A stretch of DNA of 64,000 nt from a candidate division WOR-3 bacterium. Its GTDB lineage: Bacteria; Hydrothermota; Tepidihabitantia; B3-TA06. Under the pieces are notes generated by a model. That model was not told the DNA's origin. It saw only the letters and a program-made list of their open reading frames with translations, and did no database searches. Below are positions 26,406 through 35,923 of the stretch, piece after piece. Position 1 is the stretch's first letter. Every line of letters begins with the position of its first letter. Location: positions 296,911-360,910 of the forward strand of contig CBFGKC010000001.1 in assembly GCA_965649265.1 (NCBI GenBank), written 5' to 3'. The position numbers and the translations under genes are program-made.

Positions 26406-28433
26406 ATGAAAAGCATTATATCGGAAGTAATGGTGACCATTGTGTTACTCATGGCGGACTCTGTCAAGCTTCAAGCGATTGAGGTATCTGAAAACTTAAG
26501 AGAACGAGTTGCTATGCCTCAACTGGATCTTTGGAGTTCTCGTAATCCGGGAAAAAACATGGAAATCGAACAAAACAGTATATTAGGTAATATATCTTCT
26601 GCAACCAACGTCCTTCCTGGGTTATTGATTATCTACGCACCAAATTGTGTATGGCATCATAATACAGAAGATGGTCTGTCTTGGCTAGATGGATTCATAA
26701 ATTGGAAAAAAGCCATGGGGTATCACGTTGATACTGTTTGTTTAGGAGCAATTCCGAGTATCAATCTACTTGCGCCTAATACCAATGATGTAGATGATGT
26801 CAAAGAGTATATTCAGCTCTGGTATGCAACTAACCATGAAATCACATGTGACCCCAAATACGTTCTTCTGATCGGAGATGCATTTAGTGTTCCGTATAAC
26901 CCTGTTGATCCGGAACTTATTGACCCGACTGTTGCACAAAAAGCCGATTCAAGTCATATGCCAACCTATGCTGGGTACACTCGACCTGCGGGATTACCTC
27001 CATCGAATAATGAGACTGATGATATTTACGATGATTTTTATTACCAACTTTTGAGTGGTGAAGATGATGAACCAGACATAGCAATTGGACGCTGGTGTAC
27101 CAGGAATCCTGTGGACTTTCGTTACTGGGTTGCAAGGCAAATCAATTTCTACGAAGCCTATCCTTCAAGTAATTGGGACTGCGATCGTTTGTTGTTTGTT
27201 GCAAGCAAAGCCGTGATAAATCTAATAACAATGAAGAGTGTTAAAGAAAACATTCGAACAAGTTTTGTTCCTAGCTACATCGTGACTGAAGCATATGGAG
27301 TAGATGGTGCAACAAATAACGATATTTGCAATGCCTTAAACACAAACCGTGGTGTAGGGGTTGTGAACTATCTTGGTCACGGGAGTACTAACTCTTGGTG
27401 GAACTGGAATTTGTCAAGTCAATCATTTACAACTGCAAACATATCAGCTTTAGCTAATTGGGATATGTGTCCAGTTGTTTTTTCAACGGCATGTTATACT
27501 GGTGATTTTGTTAGTGCACATGTCATTTCTTCGGAAGAATGTATGGCTGAGGCGTGGACTCGTAGTAGATATGAGGAATTAGGCGCGGTTGCGGCCTTTG
27601 GCTCGGGCCAAATGGGGCCAGGTTTACCTGATACCCTTGTTGATGTTAAGATATTTGAAGCCTTGTATGCTACAGCCCCCAAGAACTGTGGCGATGCTAT
27701 AAAGTCAGCTCAGACTTATCTTGTTGAGAACAACGGTACTTTAGCCCCTTTTGGACTCTATTTAGCAAGAATCTACAATTATTTTGGCGACCCTACGCTA
27801 GATGTATGGCGTGACGAACCCGTTAAAGCCACTCTTGCATACACTCTTGACTATGTAACCGGAGAAATGGAATTCGAAGTCAGGCGAGAGAGCGACAATG
27901 TACCCGTACCTGGGGCTTTGGTTTGCATTTGGAACTCTCAATATCACTGGATAAATCATACAGACATTGCAGGAAAAGCTCAGTTTCCTTTTCCAACCGG
28001 TATATACGGTACGTTTAAAGTTACCGCAACGAATCAGACCGGTCCTATCTGCATCAAACCTGTTGGTATAAGTTTCAATTGCTCCCCTTCTCTGCATTCA
28101 AATCATCCAGGCACGGAAGAATCCGAAGCAAAAGTGATAGAATGGAATTTGGGTTCAATCAATCCTAATCCGTTTTTTTCTACCACAACGATTTCTTATT
28201 CGGTAGGTGGTACAGCTGGTTCAGCGGACCCCCAACCTATGGTTCTGAGCATCTTCGATGTATCAGGGCGACACGTCAGGCAATTGGTTAAAGAGCAGAA
28301 AACCCCAGGAAGCTATCAGGTAACCTGGAATGGCCGCGATGAAAAAGGTTCCATATGCCCTAAAGGGATTTACCTGGTGCGGATGTATTGTAAGGAATTC
28401 TACGCCAAAGAGTGTATAGTTTTCCTTAGATGA
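26406..28433 (+). CDS. peptidase C25 (gingipain-like cysteine protease) with T9SS-type C-terminal sorting domain
   Basis: RBS gaAAGGAGaaattca. VVNYLGHGSTNSWW (catalytic His region) and VVFSTACYTGDF (catalytic Cys region). C-terminus NPNPFFSTTTISYSV...LSIFDVSGRHVRQLV...GIYLVRMY...IVFLR. The gene is visibly AT-richer than its surroundings. Confidence 0.75.
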   Translation: MKSIISEVMVTIVLLMADSVKLQAIEVSENLRERVAMPQLDLWSSRNPGKNMEIEQNSILGNISSATNVLPGLLIIYAPNCVWHHNTEDGLSWLDGFINWKKAMGYHVDTVCLGAIPSINLLAPNTNDVDDVKEYIQLWYATNHEITCDPKYVLLIGDAFSVPYNPVDPELIDPTVAQKADSSHMPTYAGYTRPAGLPPSNNETDDIYDDFYYQLLSGEDDEPDIAIGRWCTRNPVDFRYWVARQINFYEAYPSSNWDCDRLLFVASKAVINLITMKSVKENIRTSFVPSYIVTEAYGVDGATNNDICNALNTNRGVGVVNYLGHGSTNSWWNWNLSSQSFTTANISALANWDMCPVVFSTACYTGDFVSAHVISSEECMAEAWTRSRYEELGAVAAFGSGQMGPGLPDTLVDVKIFEALYATAPKNCGDAIKSAQTYLVENNGTLAPFGLYLARIYNYFGDPTLDVWRDEPVKATLAYTLDYVTGEMEFEVRRESDNVPVPGALVCIWNSQYHWINHTDIAGKAQFPFPTGIYGTFKVTATNQTGPICIKPVGISFNCSPSLHSNHPGTEESEAKVIEWNLGSINPNPFFSTTTISYSVGGTAGSADPQPMVLSIFDVSGRHVRQLVKEQKTPGSYQVTWNGRDEKGSICPKGIYLVRMYCKEFYAKECIVFLR

Positions 28434-28451
28434 TAAATAGATAATGGAGCA

Positions 28452-28489
28452 AAAAGGAGTAGGCAGAGTTTCCGCATACTCCTTTTTTG
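28452..28489 (+). terminator. intrinsic terminator of the C25 peptidase gene
   Basis: aaaaggagta-(15-nt loop)-tactcctttt followed by ttg. Confidence 0.65.
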
Positions 28490-28581
28490 TAAGTAGTTGA
28501 CTTGAGATGGTGAATTCCAACAAAGCGTAACTATATTAAAGGTCGTACGTTTTAGACAGCTAAAAGTTAATGATTGAACCA

Positions 28582-28623
28582 CTTGACAACATCCAGAAGA
28601 GAAGTATGCTTTGATATTAAGAA
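28582..28623 (+). repeat. 42-bp direct repeat, copy B (promoter of 28663..29766)
   Basis: Identical to 26267..26308, and about 40 nt upstream of AGGAGGtgcacgATG. Confidence 0.95.
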
Positions 28624-28662
28624 CACAAGCAAGTTTTAATCGAGCACGTTAGGAGGTGCACG

Positions 28663-29766
28663 ATGAAAAAAGCCTTTGTGGCAGCGTTAGGATTCGCGGG
28701 GTTGGTCTTTGTTGGAGTGTTCGGCATGCTGGCCTGCCAGCAGGCTGATACTGTAGCCCCGCAGATTGCAGACTTTACTGTCGAAGAGACCGGAACAGGC
28801 CCATCATACGTTTGGGCTGACAGCATAAAAGGTACGGTACTCGTAAGCGTTTCGGCCACCGATAACGTAGGCGTGGATAAGGTAATATTCTTTGTGAACG
28901 ATATGGACAGTATAGGCGTAGGTGAACCACTGACCAAGCCTGACAGTCTGACCAGCACGTACCAGTACAAATGGGACACCAAACTCCTTCAGGACAGCGT
29001 TCGGTATTCCATTTGCGCAAGGGTTTACGATGCGGCCGGAAACGTGACCAAATCCGAAGTTAAGAGCTATCTCGTTCGCGTTCCCAACTCTCCTCCGGAT
29101 ACAGCCGATGTTTTAGCCCCTGTAACGGAGGATTCAACTCAGTATGCCCGCATCACCTTTCAGTGGATTGGCAGCGATCCGGATGTACTACCTTCGCAGC
29201 TCGATAAGCTTACATACGATGTTTACTTGGACACCAACGGCAATTCATCCTCGAACCTTATTAAGGTAAATACGGCTCCGATACCGAACAGAGATACTAC
29301 TACGTGGGCGACCGGACAGCTGCAGAATTTCTATCTCAGACCAGAGACATATTACTACTGGCGAGTTGTTACTATTGATCCATACGGCAAGACAACCCCG
29401 ACTCAGATTCTCAGGTTCAAGAGAAGTACAAATACTCAACCGGCAGGCGGTACCCCATCCCTGCCGGCCGATACCAGTGAAATCTTCAGGCCGCAAGGAG
29501 ATTCCCTGCAACTTCGCTGGTCTCTTGGTGATCCAGACAGCGATAGAGTTAAGGTTGACATTTACTTCGGTCCAGATCCCGGAACAGCCATCAAGGCTTC
29601 AGATCTTCCGATGATCGCATCCAATTACGATGGTGTTACCAAATGGGTCAAGCTTACTTCCGACACAGCCTATGCCTGGAGAGTCGTAGGAAGAGACATG
29701 TGGGGCCTTTCAAGGGATTCATCGGTTCTCGATCCCTGGAAATTCAAGGTAAAAAGCACTAAATAA
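28663..29766 (+). CDS. hypothetical lipoprotein with Ig/FN3-like repeats
   Basis: MKKAFVAALGFAGLVFVGVFGMLAC lipobox. Repeated beta-rich modules (YYWRV..., AYAWRVVGRD). Confidence 0.55.
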   Translation: MKKAFVAALGFAGLVFVGVFGMLACQQADTVAPQIADFTVEETGTGPSYVWADSIKGTVLVSVSATDNVGVDKVIFFVNDMDSIGVGEPLTKPDSLTSTYQYKWDTKLLQDSVRYSICARVYDAAGNVTKSEVKSYLVRVPNSPPDTADVLAPVTEDSTQYARITFQWIGSDPDVLPSQLDKLTYDVYLDTNGNSSSNLIKVNTAPIPNRDTTTWATGQLQNFYLRPETYYYWRVVTIDPYGKTTPTQILRFKRSTNTQPAGGTPSLPADTSEIFRPQGDSLQLRWSLGDPDSDRVKVDIYFGPDPGTAIKASDLPMIASNYDGVTKWVKLTSDTAYAWRVVGRDMWGLSRDSSVLDPWKFKVKSTK

Positions 29767-29784
29767 AAGAAAAAGTTTTTCAAT

Positions 29785-29819
29785 AAAAGAGCGGCCCCTT
29801 GGGCCGCTCTTTTATTTTT
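29785..29819. terminator. bidirectional intrinsic terminator
   Basis: aaaagagcggccc-ctt-gggccgctctttt is a 10-bp GC-rich stem flanked by A and T runs, between convergent genes. Confidence 0.8.
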
Positions 29820-29830
29820 GATAAATCGAC

Positions 29831-30304
29831 TCAGAAATAAAACCGGAATCCGATGCCGCCGCCGAACGCGAATGCGGGATTAGGGTACACGATAACGAGC
29901 GGATCTACTTCCGCATAGAAGCTTATGGGTTTGTAAATATACTCCAATCCTACAGGTATCCTGGCCGCAAAAACCACTCCTCCCGGTTCGTTATCCACAG
30001 ATGCGTAGGCGAGCATGTCCCCTCCTCCTCCCGCGTATGCGGCAAGAGAACCATTAGGGACTCCTTTTATCGGGAAATGGTAAAGATAACCTGCCTGGAT
30101 TTCAAGCCAGCTCGAGGCGAAATCCCAACCCACTGTGGCATCCAAGGCGCTTCTTGGCGCAAGCCAGTACTTTGCACATATCCCGGTCGGCTTTCCTAGA
30201 ACTAATCCCAAGCCGAATCTGCCGTGGGTAAAATCTTCAGGCCGGGCTTGAATTGCAGTAAGAGCTATTATCAAAGTCAATAATGGAATGGATATTCTTT
30301 TCAT
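29831..30304 (-). CDS. small outer-membrane beta-barrel protein (predicted)
   Basis: Signal peptide MKRISIPLLTLIIALTAIQA, alternating beta-strand pattern, C-terminal GGGIGFRFYF. Confidence 0.55.
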   Translation of the reverse strand: MKRISIPLLTLIIALTAIQARPEDFTHGRFGLGLVLGKPTGICAKYWLAPRSALDATVGWDFASSWLEIQAGYLYHFPIKGVPNGSLAAYAGGGGDMLAYASVDNEPGGVVFAARIPVGLEYIYKPISFYAEVDPLVIVYPNPAFAFGGGIGFRFYF

Positions 30305-30404
30305 CTGACCTCCGAAAGTTAGTACTACTAGAATAACCGAGGAACAAATATTGTCAACTGTTTAAAAGCCGCATCGGTCAGTCTCCATGTGAAATGGAAC
30401 CGGC

Positions 30405-30432
30405 TTGACATCCAGTTCTTAACGAGTATGCT
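30405..30432 (+). promoter_or_regulatory. sigma70-like promoter TTGACA-N16-TATGCT, 6 nt before the ATG at 30439 (leaderless)
   Basis: Plus strand reads cTTGACAtccagttcttaacgagTATGCTaacatcATG. Confidence 0.55.
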
Positions 30433-30438
30433 AACATC

Positions 30439-31761
30439 ATGAGAAAGCAAGGCTTGGGGCTTGCCGGAAAGCTCATTATCATTTTCAGCATCCTTTTCGG
30501 ACTCCTTCTGGGAGGTGTGCTTCTCATCTCCATACTTTTCTTCGGCCAGGCAAAAGAACGTGATGCAAGTTACCGTGTCGTGGATGTCATCAATTCCATT
30601 CACCTTGCACGCAAGCGGATGGATGACAATGAACTCAAAACTTACCTCTCCGAGCTTTTCTCCACCAGGTTTCGTGCCGAGGGATACGACCTCGATATAG
30701 TAGAAATAACCATCCGTGAGGGCGACAAGATATTGCGCTCGAGGCGCGATGGAGCATCCTTATCCAAGATTCAGCGCTTCCATACGGAAATCCGCGACCC
30801 GCGCACGAAAGAGGTTCTTTACACAATAGACCTCTCTTACTCTCTTTTGAACCTGGAGCGGGGCATATGGGAGTTGGTGTGGCGAATTGCGGTGGTCGGG
30901 GGCGGAGCTTTTCTCCTGGGAATAATCCTGATCCTGTTCTTCGCGCGAAGCAGCACCGAGCACCTTCGTACACTGGCGGCGGCAATGCAGGAGGCGGGAT
31001 CGGGGAACCTCGGGGCAAGGGTTGACATACGTTCATCGGACGAAGTCGGGATTCTCGGGGACAAATTCAACTGGATGATGCACGGGCTCGAAGAGGGTGA
31101 GTTCGTGAAGAACATCTTCAAGCGATACGTCACGAGGCAGGTTGCGGAAAAGATTCTTGCCGACAAGGACGTCGTGCACCTGAAGGGCGACAGGCTCGAG
31201 ATATCCATTCTTTTCGCCGATATCCGAGGTTTCACGCGCCTCTCGCAAACCATGACCCCGGAGGAGATCATCGCGCTACTGAATTACTACTTCACCCCGA
31301 TCATCGACGTCATCATAGAAAACGAAGGCGTGCTGGACAAGTTCATCGGCGACGGATTCCTTGCCTTCTGGAACGCACCGCTTCCCCAGCAGGATCACTC
31401 ATTGCGGGCTTGCAAAGCGGCCATCGAGATACATAAGGCCGTAGCCCGGACGAATCTTGCACGCGAGAACGAGGGCAAGGTGCCTATAAAGATGGGCATG
31501 GGAATTCACTCGGGTACGGCCATAGCCGGGAACATAGGTTCGGCGCGCAGAATGGAATATACCATCATCGGAGAAAGCGTCAACTTCGCGGAAAGACTCG
31601 AGGAAGCCGCGGAGCGAGGCGAGATTATTGTCTCCCAGCGAGTAAAGGATCTTGTCGGCGAGAGGCTTTCCTTCAGGAGCCGCAAGATTAAAATAGCGGA
31701 CTACGGGGAGCAGGAGATTGAAGTTTTTGAAATCCTTGAATCAAAGGAGGCCGGGCAATGA
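30439..31761 (+). CDS. membrane-anchored HAMP-domain class III adenylate/guanylate cyclase
   Basis: Two TM segments, a HAMP-like LRTLAAAMQEAGSGNLGARVDIRSSDEVGILGDKFNWM, then ISILFADIRGFTRLS...DKFIGDGFLAFWNAP...GIHSGTAIAGNIGS. Confidence 0.88.
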   Translation: MRKQGLGLAGKLIIIFSILFGLLLGGVLLISILFFGQAKERDASYRVVDVINSIHLARKRMDDNELKTYLSELFSTRFRAEGYDLDIVEITIREGDKILRSRRDGASLSKIQRFHTEIRDPRTKEVLYTIDLSYSLLNLERGIWELVWRIAVVGGGAFLLGIILILFFARSSTEHLRTLAAAMQEAGSGNLGARVDIRSSDEVGILGDKFNWMMHGLEEGEFVKNIFKRYVTRQVAEKILADKDVVHLKGDRLEISILFADIRGFTRLSQTMTPEEIIALLNYYFTPIIDVIIENEGVLDKFIGDGFLAFWNAPLPQQDHSLRACKAAIEIHKAVARTNLARENEGKVPIKMGMGIHSGTAIAGNIGSARRMEYTIIGESVNFAERLEEAAERGEIIVSQRVKDLVGERLSFRSRKIKIADYGEQEIEVFEILESKEAGQ

Positions 31762-32279
31762 GGAAATATTTTCCTTTCCTTGCAATCGGAATTGTTGCCT
31801 TTCTATCGGGAACGACATGCGGTGAGAAGCGAAACGACGATGCGATCGTGGTAATAATCGAGGATGCGACAATCGACGATACGAACACCGAACATCCACG
31901 CGACACGATCACTCCCAGAAGGGATACAACGGTTACACCCAGAGATACCGACGTGCACGTTACCCCTCCCGTCGAAAGACGAAAGACGACGCTGACCGGT
32001 GCCGTGGCGCTTCTCAAGCTCGACCTTGAACGAAAGGATTCGGGACGTCTTCTTAAACATACCGCCTCCCTGATCACTTCCGTTGAAAAGGAGCTTTCGA
32101 AATCACTTTCGAGCGAACGCAAGCGTGCGCTCAACCTCTTTTCTCTCAAGCTTTCGAGCTTGAAGAGGGAGGTGACACTCCTTAACCCCGACAAGGACAT
32201 ACCCTCCACAAAGGTTCCCATGCTTGAATCCAAAATAGAGGAGCTTGAATCCATCGCCCGCAGGATTGAGAACAAATAG
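31758..32279 (+). CDS. hypothetical lipoprotein
   Basis: ATGA overlap with the cyclase gene. MRKYFPFLAIGIVAFLSGTTC lipobox. Helical, charged C-terminal half. Confidence 0.5.
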   Translation: MRKYFPFLAIGIVAFLSGTTCGEKRNDDAIVVIIEDATIDDTNTEHPRDTITPRRDTTVTPRDTDVHVTPPVERRKTTLTGAVALLKLDLERKDSGRLLKHTASLITSVEKELSKSLSSERKRALNLFSLKLSSLKREVTLLNPDKDIPSTKVPMLESKIEELESIARRIENK

Positions 32280-32391
32280 TAGTTTCCACCCCCCCTGTAT
32301 AACCTTGGTTGCCGCCGCCAGATTACGTTAACCGGAAAGGCGTGATACCGATACCCCCTGATATGTCTTTGAAAATCTCCCGAATGCAAAC

Positions 32392-33438
32392 CTATTTCTG
32401 TTTGGCCGCCTGGGCTGTAAGGTTATCCACTATAGCCTTAACGTCCCAGGTCCTCAGCACATGGTCGTCGCCGCCCGTGTAGAGTTTTGTGCCGTCTCGT
32501 GAAAGGGCGATGCCTCGTATTGCTTCGTCATTCATTTTGAATCTTCCCATCTCCGAGACCCCGACGGTAAAGATACCCTTTTGAATCTCGGTGGTGTCGG
32601 AGGGACTCGTGATCTTGAGAAACACTATCTGCCCGGAGCCGTCAGCCGCTATCAACGTTTTCTTATCCGCAAGGAAGGCGAGCCCAAGCACGTTCTTGAG
32701 GTCGCTTTCGTACCAGCCGATCGAGTTTAAGGGTTCGGTGTTCCAGACCTTGACGAGGTTGTTGGTGCCGCCTGCCGCGAACATGGTGCCGTCCGGGGTA
32801 AATGCCATTGCGTTGATGTAGCCGTTGGATTCCTTGGTCTTGAACGAAACACTGTCAGTAACGTCTGCAATGAAAAGAAAGCTGTCCCTGCCTGCGGTAT
32901 AGAGGATATCCGAAGACGGCCTGAATGCCAGCGCGGTTACGACTCCCTCATGTCCGTCGAACTCGCCGAAGCGCTCTCTCTTTGCAACGTCCCATATGTC
33001 CACCATCTTGTCCGCAAAACCCACAGCAAGGTACTTACCGTCAGATGAGAAATCGACGTTGGTCACCGGACCCTGGAACACGACGACCGAATCGATAAGC
33101 TGGCCGGTTATCGCGTCGTCGATAGTAAAGACCTCGTCTGCCGAGGCTGTGGCAAGGAGCTTGCCGTCCGGAGAAAAAGCCACGTCGTTGATTATGTGGC
33201 GGTGCTTTCGTATCTCCCTTACGGGCTTGTGGGCCGATGGGTCCCAAATGGCCACAAGGCTGTCTGAGAAACCCAGGGCCAGGTTACCCGTAGCCGGGTC
33301 AACTGCGATGGCGGTAATTCTTCCCGGAAAAGTGTCGGCCGACACCGGACTTCCCTTGAATGTGACGTGAAGCGGCTTGGCGGATTGACATCCGGCGAGT
33401 GTTGCCACGATGGCCGCGCACACTAGAAACCTTTTCAT
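32392..33438 (-). CDS. WD40-repeat lipoprotein
   Basis: MKRFLVCAAIVATLAGC lipobox. Repeated ...VAFSPDGKLLATAS..., ...DFSSDGKYLAVG...VDIWD, ...GGDDHVLRTWD. Confidence 0.8.
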   Translation of the reverse strand: MKRFLVCAAIVATLAGCQSAKPLHVTFKGSPVSADTFPGRITAIAVDPATGNLALGFSDSLVAIWDPSAHKPVREIRKHRHIINDVAFSPDGKLLATASADEVFTIDDAITGQLIDSVVVFQGPVTNVDFSSDGKYLAVGFADKMVDIWDVAKRERFGEFDGHEGVVTALAFRPSSDILYTAGRDSFLFIADVTDSVSFKTKESNGYINAMAFTPDGTMFAAGGTNNLVKVWNTEPLNSIGWYESDLKNVLGLAFLADKKTLIAADGSGQIVFLKITSPSDTTEIQKGIFTVGVSEMGRFKMNDEAIRGIALSRDGTKLYTGGDDHVLRTWDVKAIVDNLTAQAAKQK

Positions 33439-33451
33439 CGAAAACCTCCGG

Positions 33452-34534
33452 TTAACGTTTTATCTTGACTAATAATACCGCTGAAACTCCCAAAAACAAG
33501 AGGTTCGGAAGCCACGCCGCAAGCCAGCCTGGAAGGGTGCCGTTGTAACCGAAGGCCCTGGATGCCTGTATGGAACCCCAGAAAAGAAAGCTCAGCAAAA
33601 GCCCTATACCTATCCCGAGGGTAATATTGCTCTTGCGCAAAAGGCTGGCCGCCGAAAGGGAGATCAGGGTCACGATAATAATTATCAAAGGGGACGAAAA
33701 CCTGAAGTGAAACTCAACCAGTTCCTCCGAAACGCTGCTGCCTGCGGCGGTCCGTCGTTTAATGTATTCCGCGAGCTCCGTAAAGAGCATCTCGTTCACC
33801 CTCTTTACCCTGCCGCCCAGCTCTCCAGGGGGCTCGGCTACCTCGGCAAGCGGTCTTTCCTTGAAAACCTCGTAGGAAACCTCATCCCCGTCGAACGTAG
33901 TGATTTCTACGTTTGTGCCTTTCCACCCGCCCTTTTGAGAATAGCGGGCGCGGTCAATCCTGAATGTCCTCTGAATGGAGCGTTTGGGTCCGAACTCCCA
34001 TATCTTCCAGTCCGACGCGGTGCTGTCTCTCATGTTGAGCTGCTTGATTGAGTACAGCCTTCCGCTCGCGGAAAGATAAGTGGTTTCGTACACGACAACC
34101 GGCCTGTTCAGTGAACGATGTTCTATCTTTTCTTCCTTGTATTCCAGGAAGCGTGTCATGACCCTGGTCGAAACGAATTCATTAACGAAAAAGGAAGCGA
34201 GGGCAATTACCGAGGCCGCCGAAAGGAGCGGGGCGAATATCCTGAAAAGATCCACGCCCGATGCAAGCAAGGGCACCAACTCGTTTGAGCGTATCAGTCT
34301 GCCGAAGGTCAGAAAGATGCCCATTGCACAGCCTACCGGAAGCAGGAGGCTTATCGTTTGAGGCAGGTCGTAAACGTAGTAGGTTATGATCTGCAAGGCA
34401 TTCGCCTTGTAGTTTATGAAATAGGTCATCCTCTCGATTAGATTAATGAGATCGTAAATAAGAACCACGCACGCGAGGCCGAGGAGCGAGAAGAGCAGGA
34501 ATTCTGCCACCAGAAAACGGTCGAAACGTTTCAT
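33452..34534 (-). CDS. LptF/LptG family LPS export permease
   Basis: MKRFDRFLVAEFL N-terminus, typical YjgP/YjgQ topology. ATGA overlap with the upstream paralogue. The extension to 34639 was rejected. Confidence 0.8.
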   Translation of the reverse strand: MKRFDRFLVAEFLLFSLLGLACVVLIYDLINLIERMTYFINYKANALQIITYYVYDLPQTISLLLPVGCAMGIFLTFGRLIRSNELVPLLASGVDLFRIFAPLLSAASVIALASFFVNEFVSTRVMTRFLEYKEEKIEHRSLNRPVVVYETTYLSASGRLYSIKQLNMRDSTASDWKIWEFGPKRSIQRTFRIDRARYSQKGGWKGTNVEITTFDGDEVSYEVFKERPLAEVAEPPGELGGRVKRVNEMLFTELAEYIKRRTAAGSSVSEELVEFHFRFSSPLIIIIVTLISLSAASLLRKSNITLGIGIGLLLSFLFWGSIQASRAFGYNGTLPGWLAAWLPNLLFLGVSAVLLVKIKR

Positions 34535-35724
34535 AATCGAAACCTCTTTAAAAGAAGCGAATTTTCGAAGAACACCTCCCCGAATATCTCGGCCGTAAAG
34601 GGTAACATTACCAGGTTCGGCAGCCACATGGCCAGCCACGCGTCTATTCTTCCGCCCTTCGCGAGTTTCTCCCCCCCTATGACTAGAATGTAATAAAAAG
34701 CGAAGAAAACGAGGCTCAGGACGATCGCGAGGCCGATTCCTCCCCTTCGGAGTTTGCCGCCGAGTGAGGCGCCGAAGAACAGGAAAAGTATCGTCGCGAC
34801 TGCAAAAGCAAGGGATTTGTGAATTTCCACGTTGAGAACGTTTATCCTCGCCTTTGACGTTTTAATCCTTCTCTCAAGTTCCTTCTTTTGGAGTTCATTC
34901 CTGGCCGCTGCAAGCTCTTTCTCTGTAGCGGCGATTTGTTTCTTATTGTTTTCGATCTCCTTCATAAGCAGGGGGAGGGTCATCTCTCTCTCTGATCTGT
35001 AGCTCCGGTTGCTTCTTATAAGCTCGGTGTTGAGCTCGAGATTTATAACCTGTGTGTCGGATCTTATCCTCCTGTAGCTTTCGCCAGCCAGTTCATGGGT
35101 TTCGGCTTTATAGAGAGTCATTACGATGTAGCGTTCGTCCGGTGTAACCTCAAGGGTACCCTCCGGTGCCGTTATGAGCGCGGTATTCTTCACCGAAACC
35201 ATCACGTCGTAGATTTTTGAATGGCGTTCGTCCATAGAACCTATGTAAATGCTGTAACCGGGGAAACCTTCGTTGAACAATCCTTCCTCGAGTTTCACGG
35301 AGGGCTTTTTGCTTGAAACGTCGGCAAGCATGTTGCGTTCCCGGTGGTTGGACTCCGGCAAAACGTAGAGATTAAAAAAAGCCATCAGGCCGGCAAGGAG
35401 GAGTGTCAGGACGAGAACCGGGAAAAAAGTGTCCACAAGTCTCACGCCTGCCGAACGCAGCGCGACTATCTCGTTATCCTGTGACAGCCTGCCGAACGTC
35501 ATCATGGAGCCCGACATTGTCGCAAGAGGTACCGACATGGCCATTACGAAAGGCAACGCGTAAAGCAGAATTTCGAATACGTACTGAGCTTCTATTCCCT
35601 TGGTTATGATCAAATTCAGGAGAAGGAAGAGCTGGTCCATGAGGAACACGCCGGTCAGAACCGACCATGACAGGAGAACGGGGACAATGAATTGCCCCAG
35701 GATGTAGCGAGAGAAGATTCGCAT
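34531..35724 (-). CDS. LptF/LptG family LPS export permease
   Basis: MRIFSRYILGQFIVPVL N-terminus, a periplasmic beta-jellyroll region, and C-terminal TM helices. Confidence 0.8.
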   Translation of the reverse strand: MRIFSRYILGQFIVPVLLSWSVLTGVFLMDQLFLLLNLIITKGIEAQYVFEILLYALPFVMAMSVPLATMSGSMMTFGRLSQDNEIVALRSAGVRLVDTFFPVLVLTLLLAGLMAFFNLYVLPESNHRERNMLADVSSKKPSVKLEEGLFNEGFPGYSIYIGSMDERHSKIYDVMVSVKNTALITAPEGTLEVTPDERYIVMTLYKAETHELAGESYRRIRSDTQVINLELNTELIRSNRSYRSEREMTLPLLMKEIENNKKQIAATEKELAAARNELQKKELERRIKTSKARINVLNVEIHKSLAFAVATILFLFFGASLGGKLRRGGIGLAIVLSLVFFAFYYILVIGGEKLAKGGRIDAWLAMWLPNLVMLPFTAEIFGEVFFENSLLLKRFRL

Positions 35725-35768
35725 GGATTAATGATAACGAGCACACAAGTGCGTGTCAACGCAGCAAG

Positions 35769-35797
35769 TTGACATTGATACCAAATCCTCATAGAAT
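35769..35797 (+). promoter_or_regulatory. sigma70-like promoter TTGACA-N17-TAGAAT upstream of wecB
   Basis: Plus strand reads agTTGACAttgataccaaatcctcaTAGAAT. Confidence 0.5.
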
Positions 35798-35923
35798 TAC
35801 TTCCTGTGCTGAAGGATAATTCATTCGAGAACAAGAAAGAATCTTGCGCCGTTACTCCGATTCTGCCGTCGAGCACGCGAAGGGAGAAGTAGAACCGTTG
35901 TCGGCGGTGTCTTGATACCCGAT

